From Octopus sinensis (taxonomy: Eukaryota): 64,000 nucleotides of DNA. The stretch is taken from positions 8,928,001 through 8,992,000 of the forward strand of contig NC_043003.1 of the NCBI RefSeq assembly GCF_006345805.1, in the 5' to 3' direction. Below are positions 36,261 to 48,360 of the stretch, piece by piece. The notes beneath the pieces were generated by a model. The model searched no databases. It saw only the letters and a list, made by a program, of their open reading frames with translations, and was not told the DNA's origin. The stretch's first letter is position 1; the number at the start of each line of letters is the position of its first letter. A program made the translations under genes and the position numbers.

Positions 36261-37012
36261 TGTACACAGTTTCATTGATTGCAGCAGAAGATATAGAATA
36301 GTCCAGACAGTCCTGTCTCTTCACTCTCCCACCACAGTATATCTGTGTGTGTGTGTGTGTGTGTGTCTTTTATTCTCATTGTGTTTATCTCTTTCTCTCC
36401 TTTCTCTCTCTCTCTCTTTTTGTCTTTCTGATTGACTCAATGGTGAGTTGCTGAATTGCAGCCAGTGTGCGCAGAAGAAACTAAGCTTATTTATTGATCA
36501 CACGAGAGCGTGTGCTTGTATGTGTGTGTGTGTGTGTGTGGCCATTTTAAAGTCACATGTTGTCTAAGAACACACACACACACACACACGCAAGCATGCT
36601 TATATACAAATATATTTACTTGTTTTACTCACTCAAAACACAGAGCAGAGATACACACACACACACACACACACGCCTACAAGTCTACACATTTGTATGG
36701 AGAAGAAAAAAATGTTAAAACAAAGAGAACATGCTCTCTTTCTTTCTCGTTTTCACACACACAGAAAGGCATGTGTTTACACCTATAATCCTAAGAATTT
36801 ATTTCTAGTACACACAGACAAGATGTAAATTGATCTCAAAATATATCTGGAAGTACATCTCCAAATATATCTGGAAAAGGCTGTAGCATTTTTAGAAGCC
36901 CTACATTCTAAATATTATCAAAAGTACATCAAAAAGACTTGGCTTTTGTCTTTCGAGCCAAGAAATATTTTAGCCTTTAGCAGTTTCTCACCTTTTACCA
37001 GGCCTACATATT

Positions 37013-37309
37013 TTGTTGTTCGTTCCTTCTCGAGCCACGCCTGGCTCATAGGGCTGGTTTCCTTGGCGTATAGGTTCCCCACCTAGACGGGACGCCGGCC
37101 TGTCGCAGGTGAGCTGCAAGATGCAGGAGGAAAGAGTGAGAGAAAGTTGTGGCGAAAGAGTCAGCAGAAGTTCGCCATTACCTTCTGCCAGAGCCGCGTG
37201 GAACTTAGTTGTTTCACTCATAAACACACACATTGCCCGGTTGGATATTCAAACTCGCGATCCCTCGACCGCGAGTCCGCTGCTCTAACCGCTAGGCCAT
37301 GTGCCTCCA
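37013..37309 (-). mobile_element. SINE family D (tail type 1) with 14-bp TSD
   Basis: tRNA-like head GGAGGCACATGGCCTAGCGGTTAGAGCAGCGGACTCGCGG. TSD CAGGCCTACATATT at 36999-37012 and 37310-37323. Resembles octopus OR-type SINEs (recognition, unverified). Confidence 0.88.
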
Positions 37310-37329
37310 CAGGCCTACATATTGCTCAT

Positions 37330-37620
37330 CTACTATGAAGAATGGTCCATCTGTCCCGAGATAATTACTTCATACCTAAGGAGTGGAGGCCAGCTGGGTT
37401 GTCTTTTCTGTTTATTTCCAGTTGAATCCATATTTTTTCCTCTATACCTCAGTATCCCACCTCTAGCTATTTTCAGAGTATCTTTTCCTCTGCCTCCCTC
37501 GTGAGTTCCAGACTGTTTCGTTGAGAAAACACCTCTCAACAGATCTTGTCGGTTTTGAATTGTCAACAATGCTTCTGTAACCTTGTTTGTATACTAGGTG
37601 GGCGTGTCGACCCGATGCAA
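37330..37620 (-). pseudogene. possible degenerate RTE ORF2 fragment
   Basis: Minus frame reads ...NSRGRQRKRYSENS*RW, resembling RTE RGRQRKRW.DNI..W. Confidence 0.35.
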
Positions 37621-38541
37621 ACCCATTTTTGCCTCTGGGAATATATGGTTCATAGTAGTCTAGTTTCTGTTCATTGATACAGTGGCTGTCTATTTTAAAA
37701 TTAATCCTCTTTTACTAAGATGACCTCCACTCCTAACCATTCAGTGCTTAAAAAATCCTATTTTATTTTTATAATTAAATATTAAGAATTGTATTAAAAA
37801 ATTGTTATTATGTATTGTAGAAGTATAACGAATTTATTGCAGATAAATTTTAACAACAAAATCTTTTATAAGCCCCCCCAAAGGTCATATGATCCCTGTT
37901 GAGAGCCACTGCTTTGACCTATCCAGCATGGGAGGTCATATAAAGAGCTTGCACTCCACTAGCATAGCTCTTAGGGTCAGTGAGGTACACATGTCACAAT
38001 ACCACACTAAGGATTAGATCTTGTGGCAGACTCGAGATAATACACCCTACTAATGGTTGTCATTCTCAGCCATATCCAGAGAAATAACATCTACTCTCTC
38101 TTCTCAGCTAAAATCCTTCAGTATTTTTTCATTCCCAAAAGAGACCCCTTGTTTTTCTGGGCAATGCTTGGCCCAATAATCATAGGTTTTTGTCCTTGTC
38201 AACGTTTCTGACACTCTGCTGGGAGACACACTGTGGCATAATTAAGCGGCTGTAAAATTTGAGTTAGAAAGCCTCATTGCATGTTGCGAGTATGATGTTC
38301 TCCTTTTGAAGTTTCTCTGACTGGATCCCGGACATGAAAAAGTTTCCCACATTCATTGCACTCAACAAGAGTCTATTGAGCTTTTATACGTAGTCTTCAT
38401 GAGAATATTAACACATTAATGACAAAATGTAAGGATAAATTTTGTATGTGTGTGTGTGTGTGTATACACAGTGAGGAATGTGTATGTATATGAAATCTTA
38501 CTTATATGTGTACGAATATGAATATATATTGTCCCATTTTG

Positions 38542-38578
<37 letters not shown>

Positions 38579-38624
38579 CACATATATATATACACACCAC
38601 ACACACACACACACACGTATATCT

Positions 38625-38825
38625 CTTTCTCTTTTACTTGTTTCAGTCATTTGACTGCGGCCATGCTGGAGCACTGCCTTTAGTCGAGCAAATCGACCCC
38701 GGGACTTATTCTTTAAGCCCAGTACTTATTCTATCGGTCTCTTTTGCCGAACCGCTAAGTGACGGGGACGTAAACACACCAGCATCGGTTGTCAAGCAAT
38801 GCTAGGGGGACAAACACAGACACAC

Positions 38826-38891
<66 letters not shown>

Positions 38892-39053
38892 GACAGGTTT
38901 CTTTCAGTTTCCGTCTACCAAATCCACTCACAAGGCATTGGTCGGCCCGGGGCTATAGCAGAAGACACTTGCTCAAGATGCCACGCAGTGGGACTGAACC
39001 CGGAACCATGTGGTTGGTTAGCAAGCTACTTACCACACAGCCACTCCTGCGCC

Positions 39054-39057
<4 letters not shown>
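38625..39057 (-). mobile_element. SINE A, young full length
   Basis: Near-consensus. Confidence 0.93.
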
Positions 39058-39084
<27 letters not shown>

Positions 39085-39419
39085 ACCCACAACATTTTTT
39101 TAATAAGAAACCAACCCATCTGTTTTAGTGGTTCAACAGCTACTTGCAGACACTTGAAAACATGAGAAGACTATTATTACACCATACTAAAATAATCTCA
39201 TCAGTGTCTGACCTAGAGAAGCACAATCACACACAATCACACACTCATTCAAATAACTACATAATTAACTTTTTATTTACCCAGTCCTCGGCTACACATT
39301 CTCTCTCATGTACCATACACATTCAGTTTTTCCTAGGTTTTATAACAATCTCAATTTAAACCTTTGAGTATAACGCCATTCATTGACCCTAGAATAATCT
39401 AGATTTAAATATGCCGTAT

Positions 39420-39670
39420 ATCATCATCATCATCATCACTGTTGTCATTATTGTTCTTTTAACTGTTGCTTTTTCCATGCTTGCATGGGATCAGACGGAC
39501 TGTGTTGAAGCTGATTATCTTGTGTTGGGTGCCCTTCATGCTGGCCACCCTTACTTTGTTTGTAAACAAGGCAATTTTTCTCCCACGTCCAGACAATTTT
39601 CCACAGGAAACTTGGAAATACATGATACTGCTTATACAACGGTGATGCTCCTTTACAAACATCGACAATG
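39420..39670 (-). mobile_element. older C-related RTE-tail variant
   Basis: (CAT)n, TTCCATGCTTGCATGGG...GTAAACAAGG. Related to 40325-40550 (+). Confidence 0.6.
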
Positions 39671-39721
39671 AAACAAGGAGACACCAACACACACACGTTG
39701 ATGTCTATGTATGTATACATA

Positions 39722-40152
39722 CATTTATTTCTTTACTGCCCACGGGGGTGGGGGATGAGGGCTAAACGTAGAGTGGACAAACAAGGGGCAGACAAAGGGA
39801 TTAAATCGATTACACTGACCCCAGTGCATTACTGGTACTTATTTAATCGACCCTGAAAGTATGAAAGGCAAAGTTGACCTCGGCGTAATTTGAACTCAGA
39901 ACATAAAGACAGACGAAATACCTATTTATTTACTACCCACAATGGGCTAAACACAGAGGGGACAAACAAGGACAGACAAATGGATTAAGTCGATTATATC
40001 AACCCCAGTGTGTAACTGGTCCTTAATTTATCGACCCTAAAGGATGAAAGGCAAAGTTGACCATGTCAGAATTTGAACTCAGAATGTAAAGACAGACGAA
40101 ATACGGCATCGCATTTTGCCTGGCATGCTAACGTTACTGCCAGCTCGCCACC
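39722..40152 (-). mobile_element. SINE B, 2-unit concatemer with head
   Basis: Reverse complement match. Confidence 0.9.
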
Positions 40153-40324
40153 CTCATATACATATATTACACACACACACACACATATATATACATAGAG
40201 AGAGAGAGAGAAAGAAAGAGACAAAGAGAAAGATACATTATATGTATATATACATACAGAGATATATATCTATGAGTGTATAAGGTTTTGTATGTTTGTG
40301 TCTCCTTCTCTAGATATTGCCTGA

Positions 40325-40550
40325 TTGTTGTAAATGAGTGTCACTGTCATACAAGCAGTGATGTTCCTTTCCAATAGTCTGCAAAAACATGTCTGGTCAC
40401 GGGGAAATATATAACTTTGCTTGTAAAAATAGGTGGGGCTTTGCGACAAGAAGGACATCTGGCTGTGGCAAATTTGCTTCAAACTCCATCCAACCATGGA
40501 AATAAGTGGACGTTAAAACGACGACGATGATGATGATGATGATGATGATG
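40325..40550 (+). mobile_element. older C-related RTE-tail variant
   Basis: GCGACAAGAAGGACATCTGGCTG...CAACCATGGAAATAAGTGGACGTTAAAACGACGACGATG. Confidence 0.65.
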
Positions 40551-40794
40551 GCATAATTAGAACAAGCTTCGCAGCATGCTTTCAACTATTGCCTGGCTGA
40601 TGATGGAAACGGAAATACTTGCACTGTTATAAACATATTGGAAACAGAGCAGTGATTGTTCTCATCATTTATCATTTAGAAATTCAAAAACGAAATGAAT
40701 TCCGAACCTTCACCCCATCACAGCAGAAATTTCTATATTTGTCACATTGCCTCCACCATAATATCTTTTGCACCAGTATGACAGGAAAGCCTTG

Positions 40795-41245
40795 TGTGTA
40801 TATATATATATATACACACACATATATATACACATATCTACATATACAGATATATATACACACATATATACATACATATATATATACACATATACAGATA
40901 TATATACACACATATATACATACACATATACATACACATATATATATATATATACAGATATATATATACACACACATATATATACATATACAGATATATA
41001 TATACATATACAGATATATATACATATACAGATATATAACGGGAAGCTTTATGAAAATAGACATAAGACGAAGGCAGGTTTATACACACACACACACAAT
41101 ATATACATATACATATATACATACATATACACATACATATACATACATACACATACATATACACATACATATGCATATATACATACACATACATATACAC
41201 ATACATTCATATATATATATATATATACGCACACACATACACACT
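40795..41245. repeat. compound (TA)/(CA) microsatellite/minisatellite
   Basis: Direct reading. Source of the 376-aa YIYI/THTH ORF. Confidence 0.95.
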
Positions 41246-41507
41246 TCATGTCCTGGTTCCACTAACAGACAGTCTTCATGTCTCTTTATCCATTTGGAAT
41301 GTCACGAATGTGATACATGCTTACACATGGTCCACCCAGCCACATCAGCATGGAATGTGTCACACACACACACATGCATGTATCATTGGTATCCCCCAGA
41401 CTTCAGAGATTACGGATCTGCCCCCCCCAGAGCTGTTCTAAATGCAGTTTGTAGGAGCATCATATGTTATAACAGAAAACTCACGCTGACACAAATAATA
41501 GCCTCCA

Positions 41508-41722
41508 TTACATCATCATCATCATTGTTCAACGTCCGTTTTCGATGCTGGCATGGGTTGGACAGTTTGACTGGTGGGGCTGGAAAGCCAGGAGACTGCA
41601 CCAGGCTCCAATCTGATCTGGCAATGTTTCTGCAGTTGGATGCCTTTCCTAACGCCAAGCACTCTGAGAGTGTAGTGGGTGCTTTTTATGTGCCACCCGC
41701 ACAGGAGCCAGTCAGGTGCCAC
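41508..41722 (-). mobile_element. family C
   Basis: Reverse complement match. Confidence 0.88.
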
Positions 41723-41814
41723 TTTAACAGAGTGTTGATAGTATTGTAGCATATTGATAATCTTTCTATTTTATTCATTTGTTTGTGTAGGAATTTATAT
41801 ATATATATCTTTTA

Positions 41815-42185
41815 ATTGTTTCTGTCATTAGACTGTGGCCATGCTGGAGCACTGCTTTGGAGAGTTTTAGTTGTACAAAATTGATCCTAGTACTTATTTT
41901 CTTTTTTAAGGCTGATACTTATTCTATCAGTCTCTTTTGATGAGCTGCTAAGTTACAGTGACATAAGCGCACCAGTTGTCAAGCAATGGTGGGGGGACAA
42001 ACGCAGAGACATAAAAACACACACACACACACACACATATATAAGATTGGCTTCTTTCAGCTTCCCTCTACCAAATCCACCCACCAGAGTTTGGTTAGCC
42101 TATGGCTACAGTAGAAGGCACTTGACCAAGGTGCCGCGCAGTAGGACTGAACCCAGATCTTCTTACCACACAACCATACCTGAAC
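41815..42185 (-). mobile_element. old SINE A (CpG-decayed)
   Basis: Diverged match. Confidence 0.8.
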
Positions 42186-42195
42186 CTATATGTGT

Positions 42196-42350
42196 TATTA
42201 CCTCTGTCTTAGCGAAGGCAGAGGTATTGTTTTCAATAATGTTTGTTTGTGTGTTTGGATTGGATGAAACTTTCAGGGGATGTTTGGGTCTCATGACTGA
42301 CATGAACTGATTAGATTCTGGGATCGATCCGGTACCAGACAAGGTTTCTG
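42196..42350 (+). mobile_element. second HINE/DINE-like element
   Basis: TTATTACCTCTG...CAGAGGT hairpin, TGTTT repeats, GATGAAACTTT, GGATCGATCCGG. Confidence 0.55.
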
Positions 42351-42894
42351 GATTTTCGATAATTTGTTATGTTTACTTTACATGAAGTATTACATACTTT
42401 CATTTTTCAATTTTAAACAACTCAAATACCTTTTAAAAACTGTTCTAATCCATCACTAGTTGCTATTACAAATGATACACGGACGGATGTTAATGCTGCA
42501 TGAACTCGATAACATAGAAATGTAATTTTGATCAAGGAGTGACAACGTCTTGTTTAGTCATTTCGTTCGGTACAATTCTACGGCAGTCGAAAATGGATTG
42601 CTGTTGCATGTGTAACCGGATCGACAAAATACAGGCAATGATTAACTGTCAGGTGCAGAAAAACCAATTTAATTTGCTGGTATTGTATGGCGCCTAGAGA
42701 ATAACTTACAACAAGTTTCTGGTAAAACAATGTTACACATTTCCTATCATCCACTGCAACCAGGAAACACCTTTTACAAACAATTTCAGGCCCTCATTTT
42801 CTCCTTTATTAACCATTTACCTGTCCTGTCTTTGCCATTTAATTCACAAAACGTATATTCCCTAGCGTCTGTGCATCATTCTTTTCTTTTTATT

Positions 42895-43074
42895 CTTTTA
42901 TTTGTTTCAGTCATTTGACTGTGGCCATGCTGGAGCACCGCCTTTAGTCGAGCAAATCGACCCCAGGACTTATTCTTTGTAAGCCTAGTACTTTATTCTA
43001 TCGTTCTCTTTTGCCGAACCGCTAAGTTACGGGGACGTAAACACACCAGCATCGGTTGTCAAGCGATGTTGGGG

Positions 43075-43111
<37 letters not shown>

Positions 43112-43275
43112 CGACGAGCTTCTTTCAGTTTCCGTCTACCAAATCCACTCACAAGGCTTTGGTCGGCCCGAGGCTATAGTAGAGGACACTTGCCCAAGGT
43201 GCCATGCAGTGGACTGAACCCGGAACCATGTGGTTCGTAAGCAAGCTACTTACCACACAGCCACTCCTACACCTC
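42895..43275 (-). mobile_element. SINE A, young
   Basis: Near-consensus. Confidence 0.93.
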
Positions 43276-43849
43276 ATATGTAATACTCGTTATCAATTTT
43301 TTTTTCAACCATTAGAGTAACTTGGAACTTAGAAAAGAAATTCTTTATATTACTCAGAACATATGAAACGGGCTAACAAAGGTCTGAAAACAAGTATGGG
43401 TGTTGAGGGCAAATTTTTGAAAACACTTTGGTCAGGCAAAGGGTTAAGCATTCGATATACCCAGGTTGTTAATCGCCCTGCCTTACGTTATTCACAGAAA
43501 GGAATCGAAAGGCGTAGATTTGGTTGTTTCAATGATAAAGTTTTAGAATTAGGCATGGCTGTGTGGTTAAGAAGCTCGCTTTGCAACCATCTGGTTGAAG
43601 GAGCAGACAAGGTGGACCCTCACCACATTCCGTTTCGGGGGGGGGGGATTAAAATTTTGAAATGCCAGTTTGTTTTTTTTTACAGATTCGGAATCACCAT
43701 AGCCGAAAACGTGGGTTTCTGTCTGAAAAAAAAAAAAAAAAAGTTGAAGCAGGTATGGTGACGGTCCGCCTCGCCTGCCATTTCAGGTTCAATCCCACTG
43801 CGAAGGCTCTTGGGCAATGTCTTTGACACTACTTAAATACAGAGGTACC

Positions 43850-44245
43850 ATAGGCGCAGGCGTGGCTGTGTGGTAAGTAGCTAGCTAACCAACCACATGG
43901 TTCCGGGTTCAGTCCCACTGCGTGGCATCTTGGGCAAGTGTCTTCTGCTATAGCCCCGGGCCGACCAATGCATTGTGAGTGAATTTGGTAGACGGAAACT
44001 GAAAGAAGCCCGGCGTATATATGTATATATTATATATGCGTGTGTGCATGTGTGTCGGTGTTTGTCCCCCTAGCAGTGCTTGACAACCGATGCTGGTGTG
44101 TTTACGTCCCCGTCACTTAGCGGTTCGGCAAAAGAGAACGATAGAATAAGTACTGGGCTTACAAAGAATAAGTCCCGGGGTCGAGTTGCTCGACTAAAAG
44201 GCGGTGCTCCAGCATGGCCGCAGTCAAATGACTGAAACAAGTAAA
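43850..44245 (+). mobile_element. SINE A, young
   Basis: Near-consensus. Confidence 0.93.
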
Positions 44246-44475
44246 AAAAAAAAATTTTTTTAAATATGAGAGGTCCCGATGCGTCTATGTAACGATACAA
44301 AGGGAAGGTAATCTAGGTTTACCAAAACTACCGTTAATGATGTAGGGTCCCACAACATCGTCAGACTTTACTTCCAATCTTCCCCCCCCCCCACGATATT
44401 GTCTGTTTTTAATCTTATGTTTCTACAGTGCACACTCGTTAGAGTGTGGGTTAGTTTTTAGGGTTACTTAGGTAG

Positions 44476-45582
44476 TGTGCATTCATATACAATATACTTA
44501 ATATTCGCTATATCGGTGAAAATAGACCCTGTAGATAAACTACAAGATGAGAATGAACTCGTATTTTCTTGGTTTGTCTTATCTTCATTCGTTTACCTAG
44601 TTTAAACTGTCAAGAAATATAGCTGGGAACTACTTTTGAGGTCAATTTATCATACGCTGAGGGAAAATATGGCTAATTCTGTTGCTTAAGCGTTGACACA
44701 AAAAATACCGCTGAGGCTTGTGTAAGCAATAAGCGTCATTACACGTCCATTAAAATGTTTTGTACGTAACATTTCATGACTTTTGACAAAAATCTACCAA
44801 CTTCGGATCGTTTGCAATAGTTGTAATATGAAATATATCGATTTCGATTTACACAAGGGCCGCTTAAGTGAATTCGCAGTAGTTTCGGTAAAACTAGATT
44901 ACCTCCCCTTTATATCGTTCTGTATATGCGTCAGTGCCGTATCTTCTACCTACTATAGCCCTAGGCCGATTAATGCCTCGTGAGCAGACGGAAACTGTGT
45001 GGAACCCCGTTGTCTGGCAACCGATGTCGGTGTTTGTTTACGTCTCGTAAAAACAAGAAGCCGAGAGAATAAGTATTATGCTTAAAAAAAAAAGGGTATT
45101 GTGGTCTCTTTATTCGACTACACAGTTTAAGGCGGCAGCCCCAGGAGGGCTGCAATCCAGTGATTGAAACAAGTAAAGATAGACCAATCGTCTCAACCTC
45201 AAAAACGCCACACAGGGTGGTTTATAGTATTCTGCTGCGTCGAGACCCGGAAATTATATTTTTGACGGAAAAATACTTTCACTTTCATGGAGTCCTGAAA
45301 ACCGAAGTGTCATGATTTCACTACCAGTTATATATAAATGTACGTTCATATACAATATACTTAACATTCGCTATATCTGTGAAAATAAACCCTGTAGATA
45401 AACTACAAGATGAGAATGAACTCGTATTTTCTTGGTTTGTCTTATTTCCAATCGTTCACCTAGTTTAAACTGTCAAGAAATATGGCTGGCAACTATTTGA
45501 GGTCATTTTATCATACGCTGAGGGAAAATATGGCTACTTCTCTTGCTAAAGCGTTGACACAGAAATACCGTTGAGGCTTTTG
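44476..45582 (+). repeat. pair of ~240-bp direct repeats 863 bp apart
   Basis: 44482-44720 vs 45345-45580 (TTCATATACAATATACTTAA...AATACCG.TGAGGCTT), ~90% identical by eye. Confidence 0.9.
44935..45180 (+). mobile_element. old degenerate SINE A
   Basis: CTACTATAGCCCTAGGCCGA...CAACCGATG...TGAAACAAGTAAAG. Confidence 0.65.
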
Positions 45583-45679
45583 ACAACGTATTTCTGTTTC
45601 AACTGATTGTTTCTAACATATTTATAATACTTTCTAAGCCTACTAAATATAAGTAGTTCTAGAATATTTAAACAATTTT

Positions 45680-46145
45680 CTTACCTTGTCGTTCTTTGTT
45701 GAATAGAAAACTAACATGTCGGCCAATGGAGTCACAGTGGAGACTAGTATTTTTCAAACTCGCTTTTTTTTCTTCCACGAATCGTATTTTAATCGGTAAC
45801 ATCTTTTCGTTTTGAAGTTCCAGACAATTATTCATATTTTATCGATCTGTGAAGTTTTTTTTTATGTATTGGTGTAAATCGGACATTCTTGAGTGCCATT
45901 GATAAAAAAAAACAATGTTGACTTCGATTGATAGAATAGCACTACTAAGTTAAGAGTGGTATTTTACGACCGAAGTATAGAACATTCTAGCAACGCTAAG
46001 ACCAACCGCTTTAGATAAAATTGCTCTTCAGATTAAGACATCCTTGCTCTAGAGATTACAACAAATCACTGCGGTCCAGTTTTGTTCTCAGCAACAGAAG
46101 AGGTTTCACTAGAACGACCAAATAAGGCGTTGCCGGAAGTAACAG
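45680..46145 (-). promoter_or_regulatory. candidate promoter/first exon of a minus-strand gene
   Basis: Minus-strand AAG|GTAAGA donor (exon end 45685), upstream GCCGACATG, CCAAT 45723-45727, ETS CCGGAAGT 46133-46140, CpG-retaining context. Confidence 0.35.
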
Positions 46146-46576
46146 AAACAATCATTTAAGAGAAAACGAAAGTGAACATGTTTGTCTTAATACCTTTGTT
46201 TATTAATATTTTGTTTGTATTACTTAATTACATAATTGTTTTATAATTGCATGTTTTAATTAATAACAGTTATAATTTATTGCTGAAGCAATTATATTTG
46301 TTTCACAAACAAAATGAAAGCAACTCCACTCCCACCACAAAAAACAAACAAACAACAAAAGCTTACGAGAAGGAAGAAAAAAGTCTTTATGCTCCTTAAT
46401 GGTGAAAATAGTATTTGCTACATTAGTAACAAGATTTTTATGTAACTGAATGAAAAACTGTAAATATTACTGAATATCTTTGTGTCAACAGATTATTACG
46501 ACTTCATGAAATGTATAATGGTTTTGTCAGATAAATTCGTTCGTGTTTTTCTTTAATTTCAGTAGTACTGTATCTT

Positions 46577-46963
46577 GTGGAGGCGCAATGGCCCAGTGGT
46601 TAGGGCAGCGGACTCGCGGTCGTAGGATCGCGGTTTCGATTCCCAGACCGGGCGTTGTGAGTGTTTATTGAGCGAAAACACCTAAAGCTCCACGAGCCTC
46701 CGTCAGGGGATGGTGGTGATCCTTGCTGTACTCTTTCACCACAACTTTCTCTCACTCTTACTTCCTGTTTCTGTTGTACCTGTATTTCAAAGGGCCGGCC
46801 TTGTCACTCTCTGTGTCACGCTGAATATCCCCGAGAACTACGTTAAGGGTACACGTGTCTGTGGAGTGCTCAGCCACTTGCACGTTAATTTCACGAGCAG
46901 GCTGTTCCGTTGATCGGATCAACCGGAACCCTCGTCGTCGTAACCGACGGAGTGCTTCCACAC
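46577..46963 (+). mobile_element. SINE family D (tail type 2) with 13-bp TSD
   Basis: Head GGAGGCGCAATGGCCCAGTGGTTAGGGCAGCGGACTCGCGG...GTTTCGATTCCC. TSD AGTACTGTATCTT at 46564-46576 and 46964-46976. Confidence 0.92.
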
Positions 46964-47559
46964 AGTACTGTATCTTCTGTTTAGTATTCACTCGATAGCC
47001 GTTTATCTGGAAAGATTTAAACTGTATTAAAATTTCAAAGAAAATAAGCGAAAGTAGCAGAGCTTAAAAAAGATTAAAATTAAATTCAAGAATATTTTTC
47101 GCGTAAATTCAAATGACATCGGTAAAATAAATAGAGGGAGTGGAGAAAAAAGCTGAAAATGCAATACCTTTGAAATGTTTGTGGTGATTAAATGCTACTA
47201 CGAAGATATCGATATGGGTGGCATTCGTAGTTGTCTATTTGCATTTCATTACCACTAATATTGTTAGTAGCTGTTTAAATGGGACAAATACGGGAAAAAA
47301 CATTTTATAACAAAATGAAACACCTGTATATGTATATTTACGTACATATTCATACGTATATTTTATAGACGTGTTGATGTAATGCCCATTATATAACTGA
47401 GAATAATATGAAACAACCGTAAACGAATGGAATAAACAACTATTCACTCACCTCACTTTTCATACATATATGTACACACACACACATATATATATACTTA
47501 TACATACATACATTTACATACATACACGCATGCTTATATACATACATATGCATCATATA

Positions 47560-47640
<81 letters not shown>

Positions 47641-47641
<1 letters not shown>

Positions 47642-47801
47642 TATTATACAAAATGGGACAAGAACGCAAAACACCCGAACAACTAGGTGATACAAAAAGG
47701 GACAACAAAACATCCAGATAGACGATACAAAAAAACAAGGACCTGTCATTCGAAGCTTTCTATCTTCAGTCAAGAACCGGATCATCCTCGCAATTTCGGC
47801 T
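47641..47801 (-). mobile_element. short TA-embedded repeat, related to 49385-49590
   Basis: Both share ATGG.ACAAGAACGCA...CAGATAGACGATA...GTCATTCG.AGC.TTCT.TC.TCAGTCAAG...GATCATCCT. Confidence 0.75.
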
Positions 47802-47804
47802 AAT

Positions 47805-47848
<44 letters not shown>

Positions 47849-48007
47849 TATATATATATATACATTCATACATGCACATGCATACATAAATACACACATG
47901 CATTCTTACGTGCGTATCCTACTTAATGTGAATACATCGCAAAAGCAAATTTTCTGCAGTACTTGTCCTGAAATGATATCTCTTATGGACGTGCTCTGTT
48001 TAAAAAA

Positions 48008-48079
<72 letters not shown>

Positions 48080-48084
48080 TATAT

Positions 48085-48207
48085 AATAGTTAATCCAAAC
48101 AAAGAAAGCACAAAAAACACAACAACGCGAGGACGTATAACAAATATAGTATTATTGGACGCTCAGGAAAGAAGGAAGGTTTAACGTTTCGAGCGGAGCT
48201 CTTCGTC
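48085..48207 (-). mobile_element. short TA-embedded repeat with truncated hammerhead-like motif
   Basis: Minus: GACGA-A-GAGC(tcc)GCTC-GAAAC-GTT-AAA...TTCCTGAGCGT. Related to 51985-52110. Confidence 0.6.
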
Positions 48208-48360
48208 TATATATAGGAGGCAGCCTAACAGTGAGAATGCTAGATACGCCTATTTGTCTTGTTGGGCTTTGTCGGTAACGTGTACTCGCAACCAACTATA
48301 TGTTAATACGAGATCTGTCGCCACAAACACAGGAAATATATATATAATATATAAATTAGG

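Noticed and set aside
40590-40625. CTGATGA-TGGAAACG-GAAA (also CTGATGA at ~29255 and CTGACGA at 50281)
   Set aside because: No compatible stem I/III, so chance matches.
40619-41749. 376-aa ORF and similar long ORFs (5170-6002, 35796-36324, 58868-59581, 54833-55105)
   Set aside because: Translations of di-/trinucleotide repeats and SINEs (YIYI, THTH, VCVC, poly-T/V/L). No domain content.
46577-46650. tRNA-like sequences (also 31875-31945, 26020-26090, 37240-37305, 52314-52380)
   Set aside because: A/B boxes are present but there is no complete cloverleaf. Four continue into SINE bodies, three of those with TSDs, and 52314 is an isolated head-like remnant. SINE heads, not tRNA genes.
47740-47775. 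CTGAAGA/CTGATGA...CGAATGAC motifs on the minus strand (also 49470-49500)
   Set aside because: GAAT instead of GAAA and no stem I pairing. Not accepted as hammerheads, though the family may be PLE-related.
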